This document shows positions 47,399 through 57,376 of a DNA stretch of 64,000 nucleotides, piece by piece. This stretch comes from Candidatus Dadabacteria bacterium (GTDB lineage Bacteria; Desulfobacterota_D; UBA1144; Nemesobacterales; CSP1-2). The translations under genes were made by a program, and so were the position numbers. The notes below the pieces were generated by a model. That model saw only the letters and a list, made by a program, of their open reading frames with translations. It had not been told where the DNA came from and searched no databases. Where the stretch lies: the NCBI GenBank assembly GCA_963805855.1, contig CAWDVW010000007.1, positions 391,457 through 455,456 of the forward strand. The letters run 5' to 3'. Each line of letters begins with the position of its first letter. The first letter of the stretch is position 1.

Positions 47399-50200
47399 AT
47401 GGCTGATGAGAAAACTATAGATTATAAGAGTACACTGAACCTTCCAAGAACTGATTTTAAGATGAAGGCCAACCTTAATCAGATGGAGCCCGAAATTCTA
47501 AAAGCCTGGGACAAGCACGAACTATATAAACAGATCAGACACACGTCGAAGGGGAATCCCAGATTTATTCTCCATGACGGACCGCCGTATGCGAACGGAC
47601 ACATACACCTTGGTCACTGTTTGAATAAGATACTAAAGGATATTATCGTAAAATCGAAGACAATGAGTGGGATGGATTGTTATTTTGTTCCAGGCTGGGA
47701 TTGCCACGGTCTTCCGATTGAATATCAAGTCACGAAAGATTTAGGATCTAAGAAGGAAGCCAAAACGATATATGAGATCAGAAATATGTGCAGGGAATAT
47801 GCCGATAAATTTGTAAACATTCAGCGTGATGAGTTCAAGCGAATAGGGATTTTTGGAGATTGGGAGAATCCCTATCTCACTATGGACTTTGACTACGAGG
47901 CCACAATAGCCAGTGAGCTCGGAAACTTTATCAAAGCAGGAAACGTGTATCGAGGGAAAAAACCGGTGTACTGGTGTTATCATTGTGAGACAGCACTGGC
48001 AGAGGCTGAGGTTGAATATGACGATAAGATGTCCCCGTCCATCTATGTTAAATTTCCTTTTGATCCTGAGACATTGATTTCAAGATTTCCTTCCCTCAAA
48101 GGTAAGAAGGTTTATGCTTTGATTTGGACAACAACCCCCTGGACACTTCCGGCAAATCTGGCTCTTGCTTTTAATCCCGAGTACACATACGTTGCAGTTG
48201 ATTATAAAGAAGAAGTCCTGATATTGGCAGAAGCACTTGCCGAAAAAGTCTTGGGAAATGAGATTCAAATAATCGAGAGGTTTAAGGGAAACGAAATGGA
48301 GGGGATAGAGGTCAAGCATCCTTTTTATAACAGAAACTCCATGGTGACGCTCGGAACCTTTGTCACCCTTGATGCTGGCACCGGAATCGTTCATATCGCC
48401 CCGGGACATGGACAGGATGACTATGAAATTGGCATGAAGCACAATCTTGAGATTTATGCTCCGGTAGATAAAAAGGGTGTATTTACGAATGAAGTCGAAT
48501 ACTTTGCCGGCATGTTCGTCTATGACGCGAACAAAAGTATTATCGACAAATTAAGAGAGGTTGGAAATCTTCTCGATGAGGGTCATTTGACTCACTCATA
48601 TCCCCACTGCTGGAGATGTAAGAACCCGATTATTTTCAGGGCTACGCCGCAGTGGTTTATATCGATGGAGGAAAACAGTCTGAGGTCGAAGGCGCTAAGG
48701 GAAATTGATAAAGTGAAATGGATTCCCCCGTGGGGTAAGGAAAGGATATACAACATGGTTCAGAATCGCCCGGATTGGTGTGTCTCGAGGCAGAGGGCCT
48801 GGGGTGTGCCGATAGCAATCTTCTATTGTTCAGGATGCGACCACGCATTACTGGATCCGGAAATTGTTTATCATGTCTCCGAAATTTTTAAAGAGCATGG
48901 TTCGGATGTGTGGTTTAAATTAGATGTGAATGAACTTATTCCTGCCGGAACCAAATGCCCCGAATGCGGCAGTGACAATTTTGTAAAGGAAACCGATATC
49001 CTGGATGTCTGGTTTGATTCAGGCGTTAGCTTTTCGTCTGTGCTTGAAAGAAACCCGGAGCTATATATGCCGGCCGATATGTACCTCGAGGGAAGCGATC
49101 AACACCGAGGATGGTTTCACTCAAGTCTGCTTGTGTCGGTGGGAACCAGGGATAAGGCACCTTATAAATCAGTCCTCACGCACGGCTTCGTCGTAGACAA
49201 GGAAGGCGAAAAGATGTCAAAGTCAAAGGGCAATGTGATTTCTCCCTCTGACATTCTCGGTAAGTACGGAGCCGAAATACTGAGGTTATGGGTAGCAGCG
49301 GAGGATTACAGGGGAGATATTAGAATCTCTACTGAGATACTAGATAGACTTATTGAATCGTACAGAAAGATAAGAAATACCTTCCGATACCTCCTCGGAA
49401 ATCTATTTGATTTTGATCCTTCGAAAGAGCTAGTGGAATATGACAACCTTTATGAAATTGACAAATGGATACTCCATAAGCTGGGAACATCAAGCGATAC
49501 GATTTTGACAGCGTTTGATCGCTATGAATTCCATGTCGTATACCATGAGTTGCAAAGGTTTTGCATTGTTGATTTGAGTTCTGTATACATGGATGTTCAA
49601 AAGGATCTTCTATACACTTATCATGCAAATTCGCGAAGGAGAAAATCTTCTCAAACCGCAATGTATATAATCTTGAGCTGGCTCACAAAACTTTCTGCTC
49701 CCATCCTCACATTTACGGCGGATGAGGTTTGGAGATTTATTCCCGGGATCTTCGAGGAAAGTGTCCATCTCACAACATTCCCGGAAGTTGACTTTATTAA
49801 TAATGACCTTGAAGAAAAGTGGAATAAGTTGATAGCCTTCAGAGACGAGATCTTAAAAGCGCTGGAGATGGCAAGAGGCGATAAACTCATAAGGAGCTCC
49901 CTTGAAGCCGGCATTGAGATATACGGCGATCCCGACACTGTCTCGTTTATATCCGAAAACCTTGAACTAATAAGGGTACTTTCAATTGTATCGCATATAG
50001 AAATCCTAGATGAGCCGCCTCAAGGGGTTAATTTCATACATAAAAGCACTGAATTTGAGAGACTGATCGTAAAGGTCGTGAAAGCACCGGGAGAGAAATG
50101 CGAAAGGTGCTGGACCTATAGAATTTCTGTCGGGGACAACCCGGATCATCCAACAATTTGTCATGTATGCTTAGATAATCTTGGGGGAAGGGATATTTAA
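47399..50200 (+). CDS. ileS: Isoleucyl-tRNA synthetase (type 1, C-terminal zinc finger)
   Basis: HIGH-class motif PYANGHIHLGH, KMSKS and the C-terminal CERC...CHVC zinc ribbon. 933 aa. Confidence 0.95.
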   Translation: MADEKTIDYKSTLNLPRTDFKMKANLNQMEPEILKAWDKHELYKQIRHTSKGNPRFILHDGPPYANGHIHLGHCLNKILKDIIVKSKTMSGMDCYFVPGWDCHGLPIEYQVTKDLGSKKEAKTIYEIRNMCREYADKFVNIQRDEFKRIGIFGDWENPYLTMDFDYEATIASELGNFIKAGNVYRGKKPVYWCYHCETALAEAEVEYDDKMSPSIYVKFPFDPETLISRFPSLKGKKVYALIWTTTPWTLPANLALAFNPEYTYVAVDYKEEVLILAEALAEKVLGNEIQIIERFKGNEMEGIEVKHPFYNRNSMVTLGTFVTLDAGTGIVHIAPGHGQDDYEIGMKHNLEIYAPVDKKGVFTNEVEYFAGMFVYDANKSIIDKLREVGNLLDEGHLTHSYPHCWRCKNPIIFRATPQWFISMEENSLRSKALREIDKVKWIPPWGKERIYNMVQNRPDWCVSRQRAWGVPIAIFYCSGCDHALLDPEIVYHVSEIFKEHGSDVWFKLDVNELIPAGTKCPECGSDNFVKETDILDVWFDSGVSFSSVLERNPELYMPADMYLEGSDQHRGWFHSSLLVSVGTRDKAPYKSVLTHGFVVDKEGEKMSKSKGNVISPSDILGKYGAEILRLWVAAEDYRGDIRISTEILDRLIESYRKIRNTFRYLLGNLFDFDPSKELVEYDNLYEIDKWILHKLGTSSDTILTAFDRYEFHVVYHELQRFCIVDLSSVYMDVQKDLLYTYHANSRRRKSSQTAMYIILSWLTKLSAPILTFTADEVWRFIPGIFEESVHLTTFPEVDFINNDLEEKWNKLIAFRDEILKALEMARGDKLIRSSLEAGIEIYGDPDTVSFISENLELIRVLSIVSHIEILDEPPQGVNFIHKSTEFERLIVKVVKAPGEKCERCWTYRISVGDNPDHPTICHVCLDNLGGRDI

Positions 50201-50289
50201 TATAACCCAGCATTCTCTGAGTCAATCAATCACACGTGGTTTGGATAAAAATAAACAGAATGTCCTGTTAGGCTTGACGTAATAATCAA

Positions 50290-51360
50290 CTATTCCAAAC
50301 CTGGCCAGCTCATGATAGGGTCAGTCGAGCTCACAACATGCATCCCGGCGCTCTCAAATCTTTCAAACGCCATATCAGCCTCCTCCGTATAGTCTATAAT
50401 TCCCGGAATCACAACAGGCGATGTGCAATCTTCCAATAGATAGATCTTTTCTACCAGGCTTTTATCGACTTTCATTACTCCATCCAGCAAATCAGATATT
50501 GTCCATGCAACACAATGACTCTTTGCCTGACCGGCTATTACAATTGCGTCAAAGGCCCTAAATTCGTGAAGTATTTCCTCTGACTGGGTACTTTTCTGAA
50601 ATAGGGACTGTGTTCTTAATCCAATGGGTTCACCTTCGGGACCTGATTTCACTTCCGGGGCTAAAACCGAGTAATGCTCAGTAAAAGGATTATCCCCCTT
50701 AACATGAATATGAGGCTGGCTGTACCTTGCGACTGTATGGAAAAAGATTGCCTCCTCAACAGATGAGACTAAGGCGTGACCGATACCGCCCAACATCGCA
50801 TGATAGGGCCAGACTGTGAGTTCATATTTCCCCGTTTTTTTCAGTTCCTCAGTGTAATGAAGTAAATGACTATTAACATACTGTGGACTTCGTTTTATGT
50901 TATGGCTCAGCAACTCATTGAATCGCCAGCGACCCTCCCTGATATCGTCATGTGAGATCAAGGTAAAAGGGGAGGGGTGCTCTCCATTTTCATCTACAAG
51001 AAATATGCTATGGAAAATCTGCATTGCCTGGTGTGTGTCCATCGTCGGCATGATCTGGGTAATTAGATTCAGATTCCGGTATATGAAATCGCATAATTTT
51101 TGATTGTCATGTACCGCGCCTTTTCCAGACCTTCCACCAACAAAAAGCTCAAATTCCGGAATGCAAAAGGTATTCTGAGCGTCGACAATCACGAGGCAAA
51201 GCTTGAAGCTGTCATTACTCGAGGGCTCGATATTATGCTTGTTAGACCAGTCGCTTGCGGCTTTGGCAATTTTTTGATAATCCACCCTCCATACCCTCGA
51301 TACCATGTCTGGATCGAAATGGGGAGGAAGCGGAAGCTCATTTTGGTTCGGCTTAACCAT
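50290..51360 (-). CDS. Cysteine-hydrolase (isochorismatase/nicotinamidase) family protein with a long N-terminal extension
   Basis: LVIVDAQNTFC (Asp motif) and a catalytic Cys in GQAKSHCVAWT. 356 aa, versus about 200 aa for typical family members. Confidence 0.65.
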   Translation of the reverse strand: MVKPNQNELPLPPHFDPDMVSRVWRVDYQKIAKAASDWSNKHNIEPSSNDSFKLCLVIVDAQNTFCIPEFELFVGGRSGKGAVHDNQKLCDFIYRNLNLITQIMPTMDTHQAMQIFHSIFLVDENGEHPSPFTLISHDDIREGRWRFNELLSHNIKRSPQYVNSHLLHYTEELKKTGKYELTVWPYHAMLGGIGHALVSSVEEAIFFHTVARYSQPHIHVKGDNPFTEHYSVLAPEVKSGPEGEPIGLRTQSLFQKSTQSEEILHEFRAFDAIVIAGQAKSHCVAWTISDLLDGVMKVDKSLVEKIYLLEDCTSPVVIPGIIDYTEEADMAFERFESAGMHVVSSTDPIMSWPGLE

Positions 51361-51524
51361 AGAATTGATATTTTACATATCGCCTGTAGAAACGTAAATA
51401 TCATTTCTCGGTGGCGAGGGAGAATATTAGGTTTAATATGAGTGGTGATATCACCGTAGACGTTAGATCTTTGGGGGGCTAGAATCTATAGGTATTTATT
51501 TCAAATTAACCATAACTTTTACAA

Positions 51525-51836
51525 TATTTACTTTGTCTTGATGCAAAGTAACAACCCTTCGACTGTGCTCAGGACAAGGGCTAACAAAAAATGCTTGCGT
51601 ATCGAGCGAATGCGAGATATCAATTGCTAAAATATTTAATTAGTTCTCTCAGTCACTTTGTTCCTTCGAGAGATGACAGTAATGATCGTCACTTTTTTTA
51701 ACGCTTCCGGAATTGATTTTGGTAATTTTTTGAATGCCCATTTAAACCAATTCAATTGGGCGAAGGTTCAGGAAATAGTGCGTTAAAAATTAAGATGTTA
51801 TCCACAAATAATGTGACATCTCCAGCAATGACTGCG
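51525..51836. repeat. Copy 2 of the ~220-310 bp mosaic intergenic repeat unit (CTTTGTCTTGATGCAAAG; CAAGGGCTAACAAAAAAT; TTTTTAACGCTTCCGGAATTGATTTTGGTAATTTTTTGAATGCCCATTTAA; ACATCTCCAGCAATGACTGCGG)
   Basis: Module order and sequence match 29820-30038. It additionally carries the TCCTTCGACTGTGCTCAGGACAAGG module seen inside the palindrome at 7711-7736. Confidence 0.75.
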
Positions 51837-51969
51837 GGGTCGGACGTGATTGACAGCGGGGACACTATAGCAATTTAGAGGGAATTGACTAGTTAAATAA
51901 ATCTTGTACAAACACCGTTTCGATAACATCACGGTTTGTAATCTCTGAAAATCCGCTTCAGGTTATCAT

Positions 51970-52731
51970 TTATTTTTGGGCGAGGAGTTTATCAATTTCT
52001 GCCTTAAACGCCTGAAACGGCTGTGCTCCGCGGATGTATACACCGGTCATTTCATTTTGGTCATCTTCGGTTTTTCCGATGAAGAAACTCGGGGTCCCCC
52101 TCACGCCGTATAATTGACCTTCCTGAAAGTCTTTATTAATCTCGGTTTCTTTTGACTTATCGTTCAGACATTTCTCAAATTTCTCGCGATTTAGATTTAA
52201 CTGATCTGTCGAGCTTAGTATGCTGGCGGTATCGAGCTTATCAGGGTTTTCAAATAAAAAGTCGTGGACTCCCCAGTATTTTCCCTGTTCCTGAGCACAG
52301 TTGGCAGCAATGGCAGCGGGAAGGGCATTTTTATGAAATTCCAGTGGATAGTCTCTGAACACAAGCCTGACTTTCCCTGTGCTGATATATTCTTTATCCA
52401 AAGATGGCAAGACCTGATCATAAAACCTTTTGCAGAACGGACATTGGAAATCACTAAACTCAATTATCGTTACGGGTGCCTTTGGATCCCCCTTTATAGG
52501 GTCGTCATCTACACTAACTTTAACATTTTGAGGACTGGGCGGGGTTGGAGGTGTGGAAGGCCGAGTCGCAGCTAACTTCTTCAACTCTACAACCGCGGTG
52601 GAAATTTCTTGATTCCGCACAGTCATGTCGGTCTTGACTGATTCCAATTCTCGGAGTATCCATGCACTAAGCACGATGCTTATTAAAACACCAACGGTGA
52701 TCAATCCTAAAAATATCTTCATAAATGGCAT
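51970..52731 (-). CDS. Membrane-anchored DsbA-family thiol:disulfide oxidoreductase
   Basis: N-terminal TM helix, Pro/Thr-rich linker (TPPTPPSP), a thioredoxin fold with the CPFC active site, and a conserved GTPSFFIG cis-Pro loop region. Confidence 0.85.
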   Translation of the reverse strand: MPFMKIFLGLITVGVLISIVLSAWILRELESVKTDMTVRNQEISTAVVELKKLAATRPSTPPTPPSPQNVKVSVDDDPIKGDPKAPVTIIEFSDFQCPFCKRFYDQVLPSLDKEYISTGKVRLVFRDYPLEFHKNALPAAIAANCAQEQGKYWGVHDFLFENPDKLDTASILSSTDQLNLNREKFEKCLNDKSKETEINKDFQEGQLYGVRGTPSFFIGKTEDDQNEMTGVYIRGAQPFQAFKAEIDKLLAQK

Positions 52732-52870
52732 CTCCCTAAAAAGTGTTAAGTTATTTTAATTTATCTATGCATAATATCAATACATGTAAAAGCATCCCGC
52801 AGTTCTTGACATTGGGATTCCTAATAGAAATAATCAAGATGGGATCTACAATCAATCGGCTCTTTTTAAC

Positions 52871-53638
52871 TTGCTCTCAAAAAAGGAAGGTACCGAAATA
52901 AAAGCCTACATATTTATAACTTGCCTAGTCGACACCTTTTTTCCCCATGTCGGTGAAAGCATGGTTGCGGTTCTCAGAAGAATTGGGGTAGATTTAGATT
53001 TTCTTGAAGACCAAACCTGCTGCGGACAGCCTGCTTTTAATAGCGGTTATCATTCCGATGCCAAAATACTCGCAAAGAGATTTCTCTCGATATTTGATAA
53101 TGACGACTATATCGTCTGTCCCTCTGGTTCATGCACGAGCATGGTAAAGATTTTTTATAAAGAACTGTTTAAGAATGATCCAGAAATGCATGAGATCACA
53201 CAGAGGGTATCGGCGAGGACTCGTGAATTTTCTGATTTCATCGTTAACGTACTAAACAAGGAGGATGTGGGGGCTTCTTTTAATGGGAAGGTTACCTATC
53301 ACGACTCCTGCCATCTTTTAAGAGAGCTAAGGGTTAAAGATGAGCCACGAAAACTGATTAATTCCGTGAAAGGGATTGATTTTATTGACATGAGCAACAG
53401 CGATACATGCTGTGGGTTCGGCGGAGCATTCTCAATAAAGTTCCCGGAGGTATCCGTCTCAATTTTAGATGAGAAGATAGAAAATATCACAAACACAGGT
53501 GCGGATGCCGTCATATCAGGCGATATGGGATGTCTTATGCAGATTGGCGGAGCGTTAAGGAGAAGAAAGATCCCTATCAAGACGATGCATCTGGCGGAAC
53601 TACTCGCCTCGGATGAAACCCAAAAATCAATAATTTGA
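52871..53638 (+). CDS. lutA: Lactate utilization protein A (CCG-domain Fe-S oxidoreductase subunit)
   Basis: FITCLVD and DQTCCGQP near the N-terminus and DTCCGFGG in the second CCG repeat. The start is uncertain: TTG at 52871 has no SD, whereas the AAGGAAGG at 52883-52890 would serve an ATA at 52898. Confidence 0.85.
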   Translation: MLSKKEGTEIKAYIFITCLVDTFFPHVGESMVAVLRRIGVDLDFLEDQTCCGQPAFNSGYHSDAKILAKRFLSIFDNDDYIVCPSGSCTSMVKIFYKELFKNDPEMHEITQRVSARTREFSDFIVNVLNKEDVGASFNGKVTYHDSCHLLRELRVKDEPRKLINSVKGIDFIDMSNSDTCCGFGGAFSIKFPEVSVSILDEKIENITNTGADAVISGDMGCLMQIGGALRRRKIPIKTMHLAELLASDETQKSII

Positions 53639-55080
53639 TGTTAAAAATGAATGTATATAGTCACGATTTTAAAAAGCACTCGGACAGGGCCTTGAAAAAT
53701 GAAAAGCTCCAGAAGGCCTTGAGATATACCACAGATCGCTTTAGGGAAAGAAGAAAATCCGCAGTAGCGGGCGTGGGTAATTGGGAGGACTTAAGATCCC
53801 TCGCAAGAGAAATAAAACAGGAAACGATTTCAAATCTTGATAAGTACCTGGAGTTGCTGGAAGAAAATGTCGTTAAAGCTGGAGGAATTGTTCACTGGGC
53901 AACCGATGCCGATGAAGCGGCCAAAGTAATCTTAGAAATCGCCTTGAAGTCAGGGGTAAAGTCGGTTGTGAAGAGTAAGTCAATGGCAACCGAAGAAATA
54001 GAACTCAACCACGCACTCAATCAAGCAGGAATAGAGGCTATTGAAACAGACCTTGGTGAGTACATTATTCAACTTGCCAAAGAAACTCCGTCGCATATAA
54101 TCGCTCCTGCTATTCACAAATCGAAAGAAGATATTTCAAAACTATTTTCAGAAACGTTGAATATTCCCTACTACACTGAACCTGAGGATTTAACAAAGAT
54201 AGCCAGGGAAAAATTGAGACAAAAGTTTCTGACTGCAGATATGGGAGTCTCAGGAGCAAACTTTGCCGTGGCGGAGACCGGTACTATCGTGATTGTCGAA
54301 AATGAAGGAAATGCTAGGCTGACAACTACTTTGCCCAGGCTACATGTAGCCTTGATGGGTATAGAAAAGGTTATTCCGCGCTTCGAGGATCTGGCAGTAT
54401 TTCTCAGCATACTGGCAAGAAGCGCCACGGGTCAAAAGATGTCCTCATATGTGTCTCTCATAACCGGTCCGACGAGAAAAGGTGAAAAGGATGGCCCTGA
54501 AGAATTTCACCTCGTTTTACTGGATAATGGACGATCAAATATTCTAGCCACTGATGAAACCAGGGAATCCCTTTATTGTATAAGGTGTGGAGCCTGTCTT
54601 AACATCTGTCCTGTTTACAGAAAGGTTGGGGGACATTCGTATGGATGGGTCTATTCCGGTCCTATTGGTGCGATTATTTCTCCGCAACTCCTGGGGTTTG
54701 ACAAAGCACCTGACCTTCCATTCGCTTCCTCTCTCTGTGGAGCGTGTAAGGATGTTTGTCCTGTGAAAATCGATATACCAAAGGTTTTGCTGGAACTCAG
54801 GAAAAGGGTTATCGAAGAAAAATCCCGAGCGAATAGGGTAGGGGTGGATAAGCTAGAGAAGCTAGGAATAAAGATCTGGCGGTTAGCAATGGAGCATCCC
54901 TGGGTTTATAGTCATTTATTGACATTGGCATATTACGGCCAGCGGCTGTGGCTCCGCGGACTTGGAGATGAAAGGAAATCCCAGCCCCTCGCATTTAAAC
55001 AATGGACAAAAAGCCGGGAGTTTCCGACGATAGCAAAAAGACCCTTCAGAAAGAGATGGAAGGAAATGAGAGAAAAGTAA
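53635..55080 (+). CDS. lutB: Lactate utilization protein B (4Fe-4S ferredoxin-type)
   Basis: CIRCGACLNICPVY and CGACKDVCPV ferredoxin motifs, plus DUF162/LUD domain. Confidence 0.88.
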   Translation: MMLKMNVYSHDFKKHSDRALKNEKLQKALRYTTDRFRERRKSAVAGVGNWEDLRSLAREIKQETISNLDKYLELLEENVVKAGGIVHWATDADEAAKVILEIALKSGVKSVVKSKSMATEEIELNHALNQAGIEAIETDLGEYIIQLAKETPSHIIAPAIHKSKEDISKLFSETLNIPYYTEPEDLTKIAREKLRQKFLTADMGVSGANFAVAETGTIVIVENEGNARLTTTLPRLHVALMGIEKVIPRFEDLAVFLSILARSATGQKMSSYVSLITGPTRKGEKDGPEEFHLVLLDNGRSNILATDETRESLYCIRCGACLNICPVYRKVGGHSYGWVYSGPIGAIISPQLLGFDKAPDLPFASSLCGACKDVCPVKIDIPKVLLELRKRVIEEKSRANRVGVDKLEKLGIKIWRLAMEHPWVYSHLLTLAYYGQRLWLRGLGDERKSQPLAFKQWTKSREFPTIAKRPFRKRWKEMREK

Positions 55081-55082
55081 AT

Positions 55083-55805
55083 ATGGAGTCTGGTTCGAGG
55101 GATAAAGTACTAAGCAGGATAAAGAGCGCCCTTTACAGGCCAAGTGATGACAGCGGGCCCGGCTCTGAACCCGCAGCTCATAAGCCTGGTTGTTTTGTCA
55201 AGGGAAAGATGCGCATCGAGTCTGACAATAACCTTAAGCGAGAAGACCAGAACCTTATTGACATATTCACAAATGAGCTTGGTAAGGTAAACGGGCTATC
55301 TAAAGTCCTGAATAACGAGGATGAACTCGGGCAATATCTATCTAATGTAACTGCCGAACATGATTCAAAATCCTTCATAGTATGGGAAACGCCTCTAATC
55401 AAGCAATTGAAGGTTATTGAATATCTTAAAAGTAATGGACTAAGGGTGATTAAGTCACATGATAAAAAACACCTTGAAAGAGCAGATATAGGCATTACCG
55501 AGGCAGACTATGCAATCGCGGACTCGGGCACATTGGTTTTGTTCTCAAATCCAAAGAAACCAAGGTTGGTATCGCTCATAACGCCGATCCATATAGCTAT
55601 TTTAGACCCGAAAAATGTCGTTCCTAATATTTTTGATTTATTTCAGGTAATAACGCAAGAATCTGATGAGGAATTACACCCTAAAGACATAGTGAGTTGT
55701 ATTACCTTTATCACAGGCCCAAGCAGAACCGCCGACATAGAGCTGAACCTTACATTGGGAGTACACGGGCCCAAGGAAGTTCATATTTTGATATACCAGA
55801 AATGA
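55083..55805 (+). CDS. lutC: Lactate utilization protein C (LUD domain)
   Basis: The ORF track starts this frame at 55002 inside lutB. The ATG at 55083 (MESGSRDKVLSRIKSAL) fits the usual LutC N-terminus and abuts the lutB stop. Confidence 0.75.
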   Translation: MESGSRDKVLSRIKSALYRPSDDSGPGSEPAAHKPGCFVKGKMRIESDNNLKREDQNLIDIFTNELGKVNGLSKVLNNEDELGQYLSNVTAEHDSKSFIVWETPLIKQLKVIEYLKSNGLRVIKSHDKKHLERADIGITEADYAIADSGTLVLFSNPKKPRLVSLITPIHIAILDPKNVVPNIFDLFQVITQESDEELHPKDIVSCITFITGPSRTADIELNLTLGVHGPKEVHILIYQK

Positions 55806-55979
55806 CTGCTAGACCTTAAGCCACGATTAATATAATGGTTCAGGCAGGTTATATCTACCTTATAATCTTATACCTTATTTTGTGAATGAAGATTGCTAAT
55901 AACTGTATTGCGATATAATAGGGCTCTTACATGAGTTATATAATGTAATATATAAGACTATTTATCTATCATCCTGATG

Positions 55980-56729
55980 TTATTGAATACTTTCAGGTTC
56001 GTGCATCCAATCTCTCGCATTGAAGGCTTCACCGGTCACATTAATTGAGTCATCAGATGCTAGATATACAAAAATCGGCGCTATATCATCCGGGGTTGGA
56101 AGCGTTTCAGGATCCTCCTCTGGATAGGCCGCAGCACGCATCTCTGTTCTTGTACCGCCCGGATTGACAGAATTAACCCGTACTTTTGGCTTTAATTCAT
56201 CTGCAAGCACCTGCGTTAAGCCCTCGAGTCCGAATTTTGACGCAGCATAGGCTCCCCAGCCGGCTTTGCCACGTCTCCCCACGCTCGAACTTACGTTGAT
56301 TATCGAGGACTTATTTCCATTCAATAAAAGAGGGAGGAGTGCCTTGGTCACGAAAAATTGAGCGTTCAGGTTTATTTGAATTGTCTTTTCCCAAATATCC
56401 TCATCATAATCCATGATAGGTTTACGAAGCCCAAGTATGCTGGCATTATTCACGAGGATATCAAGCCTGCCAAACCTGTCCTCAATTTCGTCCTTCACTG
56501 ACTTAACCTGATTCCTCTTAGATATGTCTGCTTTGATATATGAGATATTCCCATATTTCGTCAATTCCTCTTGCGTCCTTTTTAAATATCTTTCATTTCT
56601 TCCACAGATAATAACGGTAGCGCCTTCCTCGAGAAAGGCCTTGGCGATACCTTTACCAACGCCTTTGCTACCTCCGGTAATGAGTGCAGTCTTATTATTG
56701 AGCTTCATATAACAGAATATACCACACAT
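55980..56729 (-). CDS. SDR-family oxidoreductase
   Basis: TGGSKGVGKGIA Rossmann motif, NNAS and YAASK. Confidence 0.85.
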   Translation of the reverse strand: MCGIFCYMKLNNKTALITGGSKGVGKGIAKAFLEEGATVIICGRNERYLKRTQEELTKYGNISYIKADISKRNQVKSVKDEIEDRFGRLDILVNNASILGLRKPIMDYDEDIWEKTIQINLNAQFFVTKALLPLLLNGNKSSIINVSSSVGRRGKAGWGAYAASKFGLEGLTQVLADELKPKVRVNSVNPGGTRTEMRAAAYPEEDPETLPTPDDIAPIFVYLASDDSINVTGEAFNARDWMHEPESIQ

Positions 56730-57376
56730 TCGGAAATAATGTTATGTCCGATAAGGTATATTATGTCAACTCATATTATTGGGTTTCCCAGCGTATCCCC
56801 CCTGCTTAGATTAGCTCAGACCTCAAACATAACACATATTCGTGGATCATTGCGGTACATTCGACGTAATTACTTATTCCCCGATATGCTTATTAGTTTC
56901 AATGTTCTATGTAGGTTACAACAGTTTTTGACAGATATTAAGCTAAATCGCTTTGAAATTCCTCGCACTTCCACTCGTTTTACAAGACGTCTCATTTAGC
57001 GCTGTATTGTTAGGTATACTATACTTAAGGCATCTTTACCCACAGAAGCTCTTAAAAGCAGCAAATTTTGAGCCAAGAAGCACTAATGAATCATATTATA
57101 TAATAATATGAGCATGTTAAATAGAGTACGTTATTTAATGGATTAGCTAAGGTAAGACACGCAATTAGGTGTGATACCTAAGTCGCCGTGAGAAATGAAT
57201 ATTATATGAGATTTGTTATAGATTTTCCTTCCGTATCTTAAGTAACATCCGTCGATCTTGAACAGACTTATTTTTTAAAGTTACCCCTACCCTTTCAGAA
57301 TAAAAAATTTTAATCCTTTAGAAATTCGGCGGTTTTGGGTTAATCTAGTAAGGGATCCAATATAGATGAATAACTT

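Noticed and set aside
56800-56880. tRNA-like fragment (TTAGCTCAG D-loop-like and GGTACATTCGACG T-loop-like strings)
   Set aside because: No acceptor stem, no closing D-stem (GAGC) and no anticodon stem can be drawn. It is probably a chance resemblance in an AT-rich gap. No tRNA genes were detected anywhere in the window.
56739-56999. 86-aa ORF in the AT-rich gap after the SDR gene
   Set aside because: No SD, odd composition and no motif. It is probably non-coding, though a small lineage-specific protein cannot be excluded.
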